Source of the DNA: an uncultured Elusimicrobia bacterium
GTDB lineage: Bacteria > Elusimicrobiota > Elusimicrobia > 2-01-FULL-59-12
Direction: 5' to 3'
DNA: 64,000 bases
Assembly: GCA_963702895.1 (NCBI GenBank)
Contig: OY969767.1
Coordinates: forward strand, 480,001-544,000
Positions 49,927-60,582 of this stretch are shown piece after piece. How positions within the stretch are numbered: position 1 is the stretch's first letter; each line of letters opens with the position of its first letter. Under the pieces are notes generated by a model. That model had not been told where the DNA came from. It did not search any database and was given only the letters and a program-made list of their open reading frames with translations. The translations under genes and the position numbers were made by a program.

Positions 49927-50529
49927 ATGGCGGCTTTCATCGATTCGGGCCTTTTGCAGGCCCAATCCACCCCGTCACTGGCCGATAAGATCAAAGAGAT
50001 TCTGCTTGATCTCGGAGAAGATCCTGGCCGGGAAGGGCTCCTCAAGACCCCGGAACGAGTCGCCAAGTCGCTCCGTGAATTAACCGCCGGTTATCGAGTG
50101 GATGTCGATCGACTGGTCAACGAAGCGCTCTTTGAGGTCCCCTATAGCGAAATGGTTTTGGTCCGGGATATCGATTTCTACTCGCTTTGCGAGCATCACC
50201 TGTTGCCCTTTTTCGGGAAGTGTCACGTGGCCTATATTCCTAACGGAAAAGTGATCGGCCTTTCGAAAATCCCCAGGCTCGTGGAGGCCTTTTCGCAACG
50301 TTTGCAGGTGCAAGAGCGCCTGACCTCTCAGATTGCCGAGATCCTGCTAGCCAAGGTGAAACCGTTGGGGGTTGCCGTGGTCATGGAGGCCCGTCATCTC
50401 TGTATGGAGATGAGGGGCGCCCAGAGCAAGAACGCCCCTACCGTGACGAGCGCCATGCTGGGATGTTTCCGGTCGGACGCCCGTACGCGTGAGGAATTTC
50501 TTGGCTTTGTCAACAACCATCAACGATAA
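49927..50529 (+). CDS. folE: GTP cyclohydrolase I
   Basis: [38 protein letters not shown]. Confidence 0.97.
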   Translation: MAAFIDSGLLQAQSTPSLADKIKEILLDLGEDPGREGLLKTPERVAKSLRELTAGYRVDVDRLVNEALFEVPYSEMVLVRDIDFYSLCEHHLLPFFGKCHVAYIPNGKVIGLSKIPRLVEAFSQRLQVQERLTSQIAEILLAKVKPLGVAVVMEARHLCMEMRGAQSKNAPTVTSAMLGCFRSDARTREEFLGFVNNHQR

Positions 50530-50546
50530 GGAGTGGAGTCCTCATC

Positions 50547-51686
50547 ATGAACGAACCCTTAGACGGCCTTGAAGATGTCGTGATCGCCAATTCCTCCATC
50601 TGCTTCATCGATGGGGACAAGGGGATCTTGCGTTACCGCGGCTATGACGTGCAAGAGCTGGCCGACAAGTCGACCTACGAGGAAACGGCCTATCTTCTGA
50701 TCTTCGGCGAGCTCCCTGAGGTGGACCAGCTTTCCAATTTCCAAAAAGAGCTCCACAAAAACCGCGGAATCACACCGGGACTGGCCAAAATGCTTCAGGA
50801 TATTCCCAAGGCCACCGACCCCATGGCCTGGCTGCGCACCGGCGCATCGGCCTTGGCCGCCTATGACCCCGAGTCCGAAGACAATAGCGACGCCGCCAAT
50901 CTCCGCAAAACGATCCGGTTGACGGCTCAACTCGCGACCATCGCCGCGGTCCTTGAGCGCACCCGTAAAGGGCTTTCTCCCGTGGCGCCGGACGCGAACC
51001 TTGATCACGCCGCCAATTTCCTCTACATGATCACGGGCAAGAAGCCGGATGAGCTTTCCCGAAGAGCCATGGACATGGCGATGATTCTCCAAGCGGACCA
51101 TGAACTCAACGCTTCGACCTTTGCCGCGCGCGTGACGACCTCGACGCTTTCGGACATGTATTCGGCCGTCACCAGCGCCATCGGCACCCTGAAAGGCCCC
51201 TTGCATGGCGGGGCCAATCAGCGCGTGATGGAAATGCTTGAAACCATCGGAACACCCAAGAAAGCCGAAGCCTTTATTCGAGAGCAGCTGGCGGCAAAGA
51301 AGAAAGTCATGGGCTTCGGTCACCGCGTCTACACGACGGTCGATCCGCGCGCGGCCGTTCTGAAGAAAAAATCGAAAGAGTTGAGCCAGAAGGTGGGACC
51401 GGCCGTGTGGTTTGAGATGTCTGAAATCATTGAGAAAATCATGATCGGGGAAAAGAAGATCAACCCCAATTTGGATTTCTATTCAGCGACGGTCTTTCGC
51501 TATCTCGGGATCGATACGGACCTCTACCCCGTGATTTTTGCCATCAGTCGTATCGTCGGATGGTGCACGCATGTCATGGAGCAATACAAACACAATCGCT
51601 TGATCCGTCCCTTGTCGCACTACACAGGCCCTCAGGGGCTTCATTATCAACCCCTCTCGTCTCGCCGGGCGTCCCCCGCCGGCTAA
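50547..51686 (+). CDS. gltA: Citrate synthase (or methylcitrate synthase)
   Basis: ADHELNAST, GPLHGGAN, MGFGHRVY, PNLDFYS. Confidence 0.88.
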   Translation: MNEPLDGLEDVVIANSSICFIDGDKGILRYRGYDVQELADKSTYEETAYLLIFGELPEVDQLSNFQKELHKNRGITPGLAKMLQDIPKATDPMAWLRTGASALAAYDPESEDNSDAANLRKTIRLTAQLATIAAVLERTRKGLSPVAPDANLDHAANFLYMITGKKPDELSRRAMDMAMILQADHELNASTFAARVTTSTLSDMYSAVTSAIGTLKGPLHGGANQRVMEMLETIGTPKKAEAFIREQLAAKKKVMGFGHRVYTTVDPRAAVLKKKSKELSQKVGPAVWFEMSEIIEKIMIGEKKINPNLDFYSATVFRYLGIDTDLYPVIFAISRIVGWCTHVMEQYKHNRLIRPLSHYTGPQGLHYQPLSSRRASPAG

Positions 51687-51690
51687 AGCC

Positions 51691-52926
51691 TTGCGTCTTC
51701 ACGAATATCAAGCCAAAGCCGTCCTGCAGCAAGCAGGTCTTCCGGTTCCCGCTGGTGTGCCACTCCTTCAGAAGCAGGAGATGGCCTCTGTTTTGACCCG
51801 ATTGCCGCCCGGTCCCTGGGTGGTGAAAGCGCAAGTCCACACCGGAGGACGCGGCAAGGCAGGAGGCATCCTGAAAGCTCAAACGAGCGCCGATATCGAA
51901 AAGGCAGCCCAGGCCCTCTTTGAGAAAAAGCTCGTGACACACCAAACAGGACCGGATGGCATCCACATCCGAAAGCTTTATATCGAACAAGCCCAAAGCG
52001 TCACGCGAGAGCTCTATTTAGCCTGCGTGATGGATCGGGTCAAAGGACGTCCCGTGATGATGGCGTCACCGGAAGGGGGCATGGACATTGAGCAGCTCGC
52101 GCGCACCCGGCCCGAAGCTCTTTTTTATGTCGATGTCGATCCTTGGCAAGGACTTCCAGACTATCTTGCTCGCGCTCTCGCAAAACGCATGGGACTGAAG
52201 GGAGCGTCCTTAGGGGCGGTGGCTTCTGCTGCCTCCAAGGTGGCCAAGGCGTTTCTCGCATGGGACGCATCGCTCATCGAAGTGAATCCTCTTGGCCTGA
52301 CGGCGGATGAACGGGTGATCGTCATGGATGCGAAAATGAGTTTGGATGATAGCGCCCTTTACCGACATCCGGAAGCCCGAGCCTGGCGTGATCCGTCAGA
52401 AGAAAATCCTCTGGATGTGAGGGCCCAGGAAGCGGGTGTGAGTTATATCGCCCTCGCCGGCGACATTGGCTGCCTCGTCAATGGTGCGGGTCTGGCGATG
52501 GCGACGATGGACCTGATCAAGTTTCATGGCGGCGAGCCGGCCAACTTCCTTGATGTTGGCGGAGGAGCCGATGCCAAGCAGGTGACGGAGGCCTTCCGGA
52601 TCATCCTGGCGGACCCGAAGGTGAAGGGGATTCTCGTGAATATCTTTGGCGGCATCATGAAATGCGATGTGATCGCCGAAGGGATCGTGACCGCCGCCAG
52701 GGAAGTCGGCAAGGAAGTGCCGCTCGTGGTACGCCTGGAAGGTACGAATGTCGAGCTCGGGAGGAAAATCTTGCGGGATTCGGGCCTCAAGCTTGAAACC
52801 GCAAAAGATTTAACCGAAGCCGCTAAGAAAGTGATTACTGCAACTCAAAGATGTCATCCCCCGCGGTTGTCAGCGGGGGACGCCACACGACAGGCGTCCG
52901 ACCGTAGTGTGTCGGATCCATCATGA
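51691..52926 (+). CDS. sucC: Succinyl-CoA ligase beta subunit; C-terminal ~23 aa encoded by a REP
   Basis: [44 protein letters not shown]. Confidence 0.96.
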   Translation: MRLHEYQAKAVLQQAGLPVPAGVPLLQKQEMASVLTRLPPGPWVVKAQVHTGGRGKAGGILKAQTSADIEKAAQALFEKKLVTHQTGPDGIHIRKLYIEQAQSVTRELYLACVMDRVKGRPVMMASPEGGMDIEQLARTRPEALFYVDVDPWQGLPDYLARALAKRMGLKGASLGAVASAASKVAKAFLAWDASLIEVNPLGLTADERVIVMDAKMSLDDSALYRHPEARAWRDPSEENPLDVRAQEAGVSYIALAGDIGCLVNGAGLAMATMDLIKFHGGEPANFLDVGGGADAKQVTEAFRIILADPKVKGILVNIFGGIMKCDVIAEGIVTAAREVGKEVPLVVRLEGTNVELGRKILRDSGLKLETAKDLTEAAKKVITATQRCHPPRLSAGDATRQASDRSVSDPS

Positions 52927-52958
52927 TGGATCCCGGCTTACGACGTGCCGGGATGACG
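52853..52958. repeat. REP doublet with nested 36-bp hairpin (52881-52916), overlapping the sucC end
   Basis: Same architecture as 20706-20824. Confidence 0.88.
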
Positions 52959-52970
52959 TCGTAGATTGGT

Positions 52971-53870
52971 ATGAGCATATTAGTTAACAAGAATACGAAA
53001 CTCCTCGTTCAAGGGATCACCGGCACCGCCGGCGCCTTTCACGCGCGGGGTTGCCGGGACTACGGCACCAACGTGGTGGGAGGAGTCACGCCTGGCAAGG
53101 GGGGGACAACCCTGGACCAGATTCCCGTGTTTGATACCGTGTCTGAGGCGGTGGCTGCGACGGGGGCCCATGCGACGATGATTTTTGTTCCGGCGCCTTT
53201 TGCCGCCGACGCGATCCTCGAGGCGGCCGATGCGGGCCTGGAGACGATTGTGGCGATAACAGAAGGGATCCCGGTGTTGGATATGGCGCGCGTGAAAGCG
53301 GCGCTTGCCGCTTTCGGATGGAAAGGGCGGCTCATCGGCCCGAACGGTCCCGGCCTGATCACGCCGGGGGAGTGCAAAGTCGGGATTATGCCTGGGTATA
53401 TTCACAAACCGGGTTCCATCGGTGTCATTTCCCGTTCCGGGACGCTGACTTACGAGGCGGTGTGGCAGTTGACCCAACGGGGGATCGGCCAGTCGACCGT
53501 GGTCGGTATTGGCGGGGATCCCATTACGGGCTCAAGCTTCCTTGACCTCCTGGACCTCTTTGAGAAAGACCCACAGACTGAGGCGGTTCTGCTCATCGGC
53601 GAAATCGGTGGTCGACAGGAAGAAGAGGCGGCCGACTATTTTAAGAAATGCATGAAAAAACCTATGGCGGCTTTTATTGCGGGCCAAACCGCGCCGCCCG
53701 GCCGCCGCATGGGCCACGCGGGAGCGATTATTGAAGGAGCCCGTGGCACGGCGGAGCAGAAAATGAAATATTTGGAGAACGCGGGCATCCGGGTCGCCGG
53801 AACGCCTGAGGCGCTGGGGGAGACCGTGGCGGCGATCCTTCCCAAGGGCGCCGGGAGGGAAAAAGTGTGA
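52971..53870 (+). CDS. sucD: Succinyl-CoA ligase alpha subunit
   Basis: [30 protein letters not shown]. Confidence 0.97.
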   Translation: MSILVNKNTKLLVQGITGTAGAFHARGCRDYGTNVVGGVTPGKGGTTLDQIPVFDTVSEAVAATGAHATMIFVPAPFAADAILEAADAGLETIVAITEGIPVLDMARVKAALAAFGWKGRLIGPNGPGLITPGECKVGIMPGYIHKPGSIGVISRSGTLTYEAVWQLTQRGIGQSTVVGIGGDPITGSSFLDLLDLFEKDPQTEAVLLIGEIGGRQEEEAADYFKKCMKKPMAAFIAGQTAPPGRRMGHAGAIIEGARGTAEQKMKYLENAGIRVAGTPEALGETVAAILPKGAGREKV

Positions 53871-54442
53871 TGCGTGATTTTATCTACAGTTTTATTCCCA
53901 TCTTTGTGGCCATGGACATCGGCGGCCTGATCCCGGTGTATCTGTCTCTTACGAAAGATCTCACCGCGAAAGAGCGGCGTCATGTGAGCCTTCAGGCGCT
54001 CATGACCGCTTTTTTCATCAGCATTCTTTTTGTGCTCGCAGGTCAATTGATCTTCCGTGTCCTGGGCATTACAGCCTCGGACTTTCAGATCGGCGGCGGC
54101 CTCCTGCTCCTGGTGCTTGCCATCATCGAAATGGTTCGCGGTGAACACCCCTTCGGGCCTTCCGGTCTTCAGGTCGGGGTTGTTCCCTTAGGGATCCCCC
54201 TCATCGTGGGTCCGGCGGTGCTCACCTCGCTTCTCATCCTCATTGATCTTCGGGGCTACACGATGACGCTGTCGGCCCTGATGGTCAACCTTGCCCTCGT
54301 GGCCCTGGCCTTTCGTTTCAGCCAGCGGCTCGTCAAAAGGATGGGACAGAACGGTCTGCGCGCGACCTCTCAGGTGGTGAGTCTCTTCCTGGTCGCGATC
54401 GCTGTCAGCATGATTCGCCGCGGCTTAGAGTCCCTTCGATAA
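53870..54442 (+). CDS. MarC family membrane protein
   Basis: FQIGGGLLL, VVPLGIPLIVGPAV. Confidence 0.9.
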   Translation: MRDFIYSFIPIFVAMDIGGLIPVYLSLTKDLTAKERRHVSLQALMTAFFISILFVLAGQLIFRVLGITASDFQIGGGLLLLVLAIIEMVRGEHPFGPSGLQVGVVPLGIPLIVGPAVLTSLLILIDLRGYTMTLSALMVNLALVALAFRFSQRLVKRMGQNGLRATSQVVSLFLVAIAVSMIRRGLESLR

Positions 54443-54484
54443 GTCCTTGACTTCCGTCTAAAGACCTGTCAGTAAACAATCGCC

Positions 54485-55264
54485 ATGATTTTGAAGCCAT
54501 GCCCCTTTTGTCACAAAGAAATTCCCCGCTCGATCACGGTCTGCCCGTATTGCCACCGAGATGAAAAGGGCAAATCCATTGTGATGGACTCCGCGCTCGT
54601 CGAAATCCCGGAGTCTGATCGGCGCTTGCAGGAGGATCTTGCGGCCCTTTCGAGCGATGATCCCTATACGCGGGAGCAGGCCATTGTTCAGCTGTCCCAG
54701 CGCGGCTCAGCGGCTGTCCCGGCGCTGATGTCTATCTTGAACGACTTTTCAAAGCCCGGATTGGCGGGGGTGGCAAGAGCCCTCGGAAAAATTGGGGAAA
54801 AACGGGCGGTTTCTGTCCTTGCCCATGCGGCCAAACTGGGCGATGAAGAGCTCCGCATGGGGGCCGTTTGGGCACTGGCCCAAATCCACGATCCGGAGTC
54901 TCTTCCGTCTCTACTTCGGGAAGCCGAGCGCCCGCATCCCGTCGTCCAAAGCTTTATTGCGTTTACGCTGGGGACGTTCCAGGACGCTCGGGTGGTCCCC
55001 GTCTTGTCCAAACTCGCGATTCACCCGAATCGAGAGGTCGCGTTTCAAGCGTCTTGCGCTCTGGGGGAAGTGGGGGGGCAGGACAGCATTAGGGCCCTCA
55101 AGAAAGCGTGGCGCAAAGGAGATAACCTCGTTCGCGCGGCCAGCGCTTCGGCCTTGCGGCGTCTCGGGGCGCGTCCTTCCAGAATCCCCATCGGGCCATG
55201 GTTAGTGTGTGGGATGTTTTTCGCGTCACTTGGGGCGGGGCTTGCCTTCTTTTTCTACAAATAG
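54485..55264 (+). CDS. Zinc-ribbon plus HEAT-repeat protein with C-terminal TM
   Basis: CPFC...CPYC; repeated ALGxIG; hydrophobic tail. Confidence 0.8.
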   Translation: MILKPCPFCHKEIPRSITVCPYCHRDEKGKSIVMDSALVEIPESDRRLQEDLAALSSDDPYTREQAIVQLSQRGSAAVPALMSILNDFSKPGLAGVARALGKIGEKRAVSVLAHAAKLGDEELRMGAVWALAQIHDPESLPSLLREAERPHPVVQSFIAFTLGTFQDARVVPVLSKLAIHPNREVAFQASCALGEVGGQDSIRALKKAWRKGDNLVRAASASALRRLGARPSRIPIGPWLVCGMFFASLGAGLAFFFYK

Positions 55265-56217
55265 AATTCCCTTAAGACCATCTCCGTACGTTTAAGAATC
55301 TGTTGTGGGTCAAGGGGTTTCCTTAGGAAACCGTTGGCTCCAATTTTCAGCGATTGTTGCACAACCTCACCCGTCGTTTGTCCCGACATGGCGATGACCG
55401 GGACTTGCGACATGGAAGGATCGGCCCGCAGACTGGTCAGGAATTCCCAGCCTGTTTTCCAGGCCAGATCAAGACTGAGAAGAATCAGATGAGGGGACCA
55501 GGTCCCCATGGAGACGGTCGCCTGGTTTTGATTAAAGACGAAGAAGGCGTCAAAGCGGTTTTGAGAGAGCGCTTTTTTCAGGCTGCTGAGGGTCTCCAGC
55601 TCCGGTTCAATGACAAGAATTCGTGCGGGCTCAGGCATCTTGCGCGCTTTGGAGGTCGTCGCCCTTCCCTCGGGCGCCAGGTCATAGACGTTGGTGCCCA
55701 AGGCGGCGTTCCACCCCATACGCTGGAATTGTTTCGCCTGCTGCCCGAGGAGCGAGACGGTGGCTTCGGAAAACCAGGCGTGATTGGCCAAGGCCCCCTG
55801 CTGGAGCTTGGCCGTGATATCCAGCGTACGCGAGATGATTTCGCCCGAGGACATATGTTCACTTTGCAGCACCTGGCCTGTATGAACGCCGAGACGAAGC
55901 GTAAGAGGACGTGTGAGGTGGTTTTGTTTTCTATTGAATTCGGGCAAAGAGCGAAGAAGTTCCCCGGCCATCCGCAGCGCGTCATCGGGTTTTTGGAAGC
56001 GGCACATGATGCCGTCGCCTGAAATCGTCGCCACCTCGCCATGGTGGGTATAAGCGAGCCCCGAGACCAGCTTGTGATATGCTAAAAATGTGTAGATAAT
56101 ATCTTGCTCGTTCTGGCCGTTTTTGAGTTGTGTGGAGCCCGCGACATCAATGGACATAAAGGTGCAGATCTGTGCGGAAAGATTGAGGAGTTCAGAAAGG
56201 TTTGCCTTAGAATCCAT
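55255..56217 (-). CDS. Class III nucleotidyl cyclase domain fused to a receiver domain
   Basis: SIDVAGST, GDGIM, RLGVHTG; C-terminal RILVIE...PVIAMS...GANGFLRKP. Confidence 0.8.
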   Translation of the reverse strand: MDSKANLSELLNLSAQICTFMSIDVAGSTQLKNGQNEQDIIYTFLAYHKLVSGLAYTHHGEVATISGDGIMCRFQKPDDALRMAGELLRSLPEFNRKQNHLTRPLTLRLGVHTGQVLQSEHMSSGEIISRTLDITAKLQQGALANHAWFSEATVSLLGQQAKQFQRMGWNAALGTNVYDLAPEGRATTSKARKMPEPARILVIEPELETLSSLKKALSQNRFDAFFVFNQNQATVSMGTWSPHLILLSLDLAWKTGWEFLTSLRADPSMSQVPVIAMSGQTTGEVVQQSLKIGANGFLRKPLDPQQILKRTEMVLREFYL

Positions 56218-56253
56218 GCGTCAATTGGATATATCTAAAACGGGGCTCTTGCA

Positions 56254-56772
56254 ATGGGTAAACTCTTAAGCGGCCGGTATGGTTCCAAGCCACAGGCGGA
56301 GTCCTTCTCTCTGTCTCTTACGGAGTGCGCTCAAAAACTGAACTTAAAGCCCTCTGATTTTGTCTCCGAAGGACCTCCTCAATTCTTTGAGAAGAGTTTC
56401 GGTTCCTCCAGTCACTATTTGCTTTTCTATGTCTCGTCCGAGGATGTGAAAGATAAGCCGATCTGGAAAACCGGGTATTATCTTTTGCCGCTAGAGGCCA
56501 AGGAGGTTCTGGCAGCCATTGAGCGGCGTCGTCGTGGGGCCAGCGAAGAAGAGAACCTCCTTCCTCTCGAGTGGGAGGAAGAGGCAGAGGCCCCGCCCCC
56601 CATCAAGGACAAAGCCATGGCTTGGGGCAGAAAGTCCCAACCCCTTTTCTTTCTTTGTTCCTGCAAAAGCCTAAAAATCCGTCTTTATCCGCCCTGGGCC
56701 ATGCGTACAAAATGGAAGGCACGCCTACGCTGCGCGGGCAAATGCCAGCCGCCCATCACCACCCTCCTCTAA
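56254..56772 (+). CDS. Hypothetical protein with C-terminal Cys cluster
   Basis: 172-aa ORF filling the gap; CSC...CAGKC. Confidence 0.6.
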   Translation: MGKLLSGRYGSKPQAESFSLSLTECAQKLNLKPSDFVSEGPPQFFEKSFGSSSHYLLFYVSSEDVKDKPIWKTGYYLLPLEAKEVLAAIERRRRGASEEENLLPLEWEEEAEAPPPIKDKAMAWGRKSQPLFFLCSCKSLKIRLYPPWAMRTKWKARLRCAGKCQPPITTLL

Positions 56773-56815
56773 AGAGGCTAAATGATATAATTACCGTCGA
56801 TTTTGAAACATTTTT

Positions 56816-56889
56816 GGCAGGGTAGCTCAGCTGGTTAGAGCGTTCGCTTCATAAGCGAGAGGTCGAGGGTTCGAGTCCCTCCCCTGCTA
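56816..56889 (+). tRNA. tRNA with CAT anticodon, probably elongator Met (CCA not encoded)
   Basis: Acceptor GGCAGGG/CCCTGCT, D-arm TAGCTCAGCTGGTTAGAGC, loop TTCATAA, T-loop GTTCGAGT; Ile2 not fully excluded. Confidence 0.92.
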
Positions 56890-57030
56890 CGTTTTGAGTG
56901 CAGGAAGAAAGCCTCGGCTTGCATAATCCATGACCAGCACATACTCATTGCTCATCCCCCATACGAACGGGGGATTGTCCCACCCTATGATCTCAAAGGA
57001 ATGGGACGTCGCTCGTTGCTCGTTGCTCCC

Positions 57031-57798
57031 ATGCTGACGCTCTGGCCGCATCGAGCACCGGCGCTCGTGATCGGACACCGCGGCGCGATGGGCTATGCTC
57101 CCGAAAACACCCTGGTATCCTTTGAGGAAGGGATCCGCCGGGGCGCAGACCTGATTGAGCTGGACGTCCAACTGACCCAGGACGGCAAGATTGTGGTCAT
57201 GCATGATACCTCTGTCGACAGGACCACGGACGGCTCCGGAGTTGTCCGCGATTTGCCCTGGCGAAAAATCCAGACCCTTGATGCAGGGATCTGGTATGGG
57301 CCGGATTATGCCCAGGAGGGCGTCCCTTGCCTGGAGGATGTGATTGCCCGTTTCCGGGATAAGAAGACCGCCAGTCGGAACGATCTCGGTTTTGTGATTG
57401 AACTGAAGACCATTCGCGGCAGTGGGGGGTCTCTCGCGGATGCGGTCGTCGAGCTCCTGATGAAGGAGAACTTCACTGACCGCTGCATGATAATCTCGTT
57501 TGATACCGTGGCGCTCCAGGAAGTCCGGTCCGCGCACAAGACCCTGCCCACGGGCCTTCTCTTTAACGAAGAATCCGAAGAGGGACGTATCGATCAGGCG
57601 AAAGCGATCGGCGCACAGGCCATTTTCCCCAGGAAAACATGGGTCACCTCCAAGGGGATCTCTGTTGCCCATAAGGCTGGACTCACGGTAGGGACTTGGA
57701 CCTGCAATACGAAAAATGAGATGAAGCGCATGATCGAGTGCGGCGTGGACGCCATCGCCACCAATTATCCAGACCGCCTGCGGTCTTTAATGGAGTAA
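57031..57798 (+). CDS. Glycerophosphodiester phosphodiesterase
   Basis: GHRGA..APENT, IELDV, HD..DRTT, IELK, TNYP. Confidence 0.92.
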   Translation: MLTLWPHRAPALVIGHRGAMGYAPENTLVSFEEGIRRGADLIELDVQLTQDGKIVVMHDTSVDRTTDGSGVVRDLPWRKIQTLDAGIWYGPDYAQEGVPCLEDVIARFRDKKTASRNDLGFVIELKTIRGSGGSLADAVVELLMKENFTDRCMIISFDTVALQEVRSAHKTLPTGLLFNEESEEGRIDQAKAIGAQAIFPRKTWVTSKGISVAHKAGLTVGTWTCNTKNEMKRMIECGVDAIATNYPDRLRSLME

Positions 57799-57819
57799 TG
57801 GACGTGATTAAGTGATTAG

Positions 57820-57963
57820 CAGGGTGCCGAAAAAGGATATCGACGCCTCTTTTGACGTCACCCCGGCGGAAGCCGGGGTCCAGTTCGTCGACGATGTTCT
57901 GGATTCCGGCTTTCGCCGGAATGACGGCCAATAAGACCTTCTGAAGGGTTTTTCGGCAGCCTG
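57820..57963. mobile_element. MITE with 15-bp TIRs and TTAG duplication, containing a REP doublet (57856-57926)
   Basis: CAGGGTGCCGAAAAA / TTTTTCGGCAGCCTG (one mismatch); TTAG at 57816-57819 and 57964-57967. Confidence 0.75.
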
Positions 57964-58066
57964 TTAGGTGATTAAGTGATTGGGGGATGCCAAGAGGAAA
58001 GCGATAAATAATCACTTAATCTTGGCCGCCCCCCTAATCACTTAATCACCTAATCACGACCAATTT

Positions 58067-58756
58067 ATGCTAAGAGCCATTATTTTCGACATGGACGGCG
58101 TCATCTGTGACTCCGAACCCCTCCACATGCAGGCCTTTCAGGATATTCTTAAGGCGGAGGGCGTCTCAATCACGGACCAGGAATACTATGACAAGTACCT
58201 CGCCCATGATGATCGGGGGAGTTTCGAGGCTGCCCTCCAAGCTCACCAGCGTCCGCAGCCCGATCCCAAGCGTATGAAAGCGCTTCTGTCCGCCAAGGCC
58301 CGCGCCTTCGAAGCGCGCATGAAGAATCACCTGGTGATCTATCCCGGCGTGGATGCGTTCATCAGGAAAGTCAGCCAACGATATTCTCTGGCGATCGCTT
58401 CCGGCGCGCGCCGCCTCGAGGTTGAATATGTTCTCAAAAAAGCCAAAATCCGAGATGCCTTTGCAGCGATTGTGAGCGCCGATGAGGTCAAGATTGGGAA
58501 ACCCCAGCCGGAGGCGTTTCTGCGCGCCCTCGAGCTCCTCAACCAGGTTCGGCTCGAGGGCGCGCCCGCCCTCGAACCCGCACAAACGCTGGTGATTGAA
58601 GACTCTCCACGATGCATACGAACGGCCAATGCTCTTGGCATGAAGACCGTGGGAATGGCCAGTTCCTATAGCGCGGAAGAGCTTCGCGAAGCCAATCTTG
58701 TCGTGAATACGCTCGCCGGTCTTGAGTTAGACGCCCTGGAGAAGCTCTTTGCCTAG
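58067..58756 (+). CDS. HAD-IA family phosphatase
   Basis: FDMDGV, ASG, KPQPE, IEDS. Confidence 0.92.
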   Translation: MLRAIIFDMDGVICDSEPLHMQAFQDILKAEGVSITDQEYYDKYLAHDDRGSFEAALQAHQRPQPDPKRMKALLSAKARAFEARMKNHLVIYPGVDAFIRKVSQRYSLAIASGARRLEVEYVLKKAKIRDAFAAIVSADEVKIGKPQPEAFLRALELLNQVRLEGAPALEPAQTLVIEDSPRCIRTANALGMKTVGMASSYSAEELREANLVVNTLAGLELDALEKLFA

Positions 58757-59660
58757 CATGGTTCAAAACCGTCAATGCCTTCCACCGGAGGTGGCAGCAG
58801 TCGCTCAGCGCACGTGGACCTTAGAGGAATCCCTGGCCTATTGCACGCGTCTGAGCCTGGGCCATTACGAGAATTTCCCAGTAGGCTCCTTTCTGGTTCC
58901 CGCAGGACTGCGCCCGGCCATTCACAGTCTTTACGCCTTTATGCGCACAGCTGACGATTTCTCTGATGAGGGCCGGCGCCCCGGCGATGAGGAGGAACGG
59001 CTGGGCTACCTCCAGACCTGGGACGAGATGCTCACGGATTGCGAGCATGGAAAAGCGGAGCATCCGATCTTCATCGCGCTGCGGGCAACCCTTGAAAAGC
59101 ACCAGCTCCCCACGGTCTGGCTGCATGATCTGCTCAGGGCCTTCATGATGGATTGCACGGTCCGGCAATACCCAACGTTCGGGGATCTTTTAGAGTATTG
59201 TCGTTATTCCGCAAATCCTGTTGGCAGGCTTATTCTCACGCTTTTTGGGTATCGGGAGGAGGAGCTTTACCGTCTGTCAGATTTGATTTGCACGGGGCTG
59301 CAGCTGGCGAACCATTGGCAGGATGTGGCCATCGACCTGGAAAAAGAGCGTGTCTATGTGCCGCAGGAAGATTTACTTCGTTTCGGCGTTCTGTTGGACC
59401 AGGAAGCAGCAAAGCCCATCAGCGCTTCGTTCGGCAGGCTCATGGCCTTCGAAGTCGAGCGGGCACGCGAGTTTTTTCTTCAGGGGCAGTCCTTGCCGGA
59501 TCGTGTGCGCGGCCGCTTGCGCCTGGAGCTCCGTTTCACCTGGAAAGGAGGAGTCCGGATTCTCGAGAAAATCAAGCAGGCAGACCATGACGTGTTCCGT
59601 CACCGTCCGGAGGTGACCAAGCTCGACTGGCTTTCGATCGCCGTGAGCACCCTCTTTTAA
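58749..59660 (+). CDS. hpnC: Squalene synthase HpnC
   Basis: HYENFPVGS, RTADDFSDEG, YCRYSANPVGR, LQLANHWQD. Confidence 0.92.
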   Translation: MPSMVQNRQCLPPEVAAVAQRTWTLEESLAYCTRLSLGHYENFPVGSFLVPAGLRPAIHSLYAFMRTADDFSDEGRRPGDEEERLGYLQTWDEMLTDCEHGKAEHPIFIALRATLEKHQLPTVWLHDLLRAFMMDCTVRQYPTFGDLLEYCRYSANPVGRLILTLFGYREEELYRLSDLICTGLQLANHWQDVAIDLEKERVYVPQEDLLRFGVLLDQEAAKPISASFGRLMAFEVERAREFFLQGQSLPDRVRGRLRLELRFTWKGGVRILEKIKQADHDVFRHRPEVTKLDWLSIAVSTLF

Positions 59661-60491
59661 ATGGACCATCACTACGTCAACACCGTTGCTCGGCAAAGCG
59701 GCAGCAATTTCTATTATTCGTTTTTCGCTCTCCCCAAGGAAAAGAGAGAAGCGATCACGGCGGTGTACGCCTTTTGTCGGGAAGTCGATGATGCGGTGGA
59801 CGCTCCGGGTCAGGCCAACCCAGCGGCCGAAGTGGAAAAGTGGAAACAAGAGATCGCCCGCACCTACGAGGGCAGACCCACCCTCCCTCTGACGCGCTCG
59901 CTTGCCCATGCCATTGAGCGGTTCGATTTGTCCCGCGTCTACTTTGATGGCGTTCTGCAAGGTGTTTCCATGGACCTGGGGCGCAGCCGCTACGCCACGT
60001 TTGAAGAACTTTCCACGTATTGTTATCACGTGGCTGGCGAAGTGGGCCTTTTGTGCATGGAAATCTTTGGCTACAGGTCCGAACGCCTGAAATCCTACGC
60101 CATCAAACTCGGCACCGCTTTTCAGCTCACCAACATCCTTCGTGATGTGGGGACCGATGCCGACCGGGGCCGCCTTTATCTCCCGGGAGAGGACTTGCGT
60201 CGTTTTGGGGCCGAGGAGGCCGATGTCTTAAACAAGCGCCTAACGCCCAATCTGCGTCGTCTTTTGGCCTTTGAGGCCCGTCGCGCGAGAGGCTTCTATC
60301 GGGAAGCCTCTGAGCTTCCGACGCAAGAGGAGCGTCCTGCGCTTCGTGCCGCCGAAATCATGCGTGCTGTTTATGAGAACATTCTTGAGCGCCTGGAGCG
60401 TAAGAACTATGACGTCTTTGCCGGGCGCATTCGCGTGCCAGCGCCCCTCAAAATCTGGTTGGCTCTCAAGACTTGGTGGGATTGCCGATAA
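59661..60491 (+). CDS. hpnD: Presqualene diphosphate synthase HpnD
   Basis: SGSNFYYSF, YAFCREVDD, FQLTNILRDV..D..RGRLYLP. Confidence 0.92.
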   Translation: MDHHYVNTVARQSGSNFYYSFFALPKEKREAITAVYAFCREVDDAVDAPGQANPAAEVEKWKQEIARTYEGRPTLPLTRSLAHAIERFDLSRVYFDGVLQGVSMDLGRSRYATFEELSTYCYHVAGEVGLLCMEIFGYRSERLKSYAIKLGTAFQLTNILRDVGTDADRGRLYLPGEDLRRFGAEEADVLNKRLTPNLRRLLAFEARRARGFYREASELPTQEERPALRAAEIMRAVYENILERLERKNYDVFAGRIRVPAPLKIWLALKTWWDCR

Positions 60492-60582
60492 TGGATCGAA
60501 CCGGAGAGGCGGCGCACCGGCGGATCGGCGAAGCGATCACGTCGCGGCTGTGCGGTATTCCCGAGTCGCCGGAACGAATTTC

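Noticed and set aside
60271..60582. N-terminal extension of HpnE
   Set aside because: It overlaps hpnD and an octamer repeat; the Rossmann motif begins after ATG 60583.
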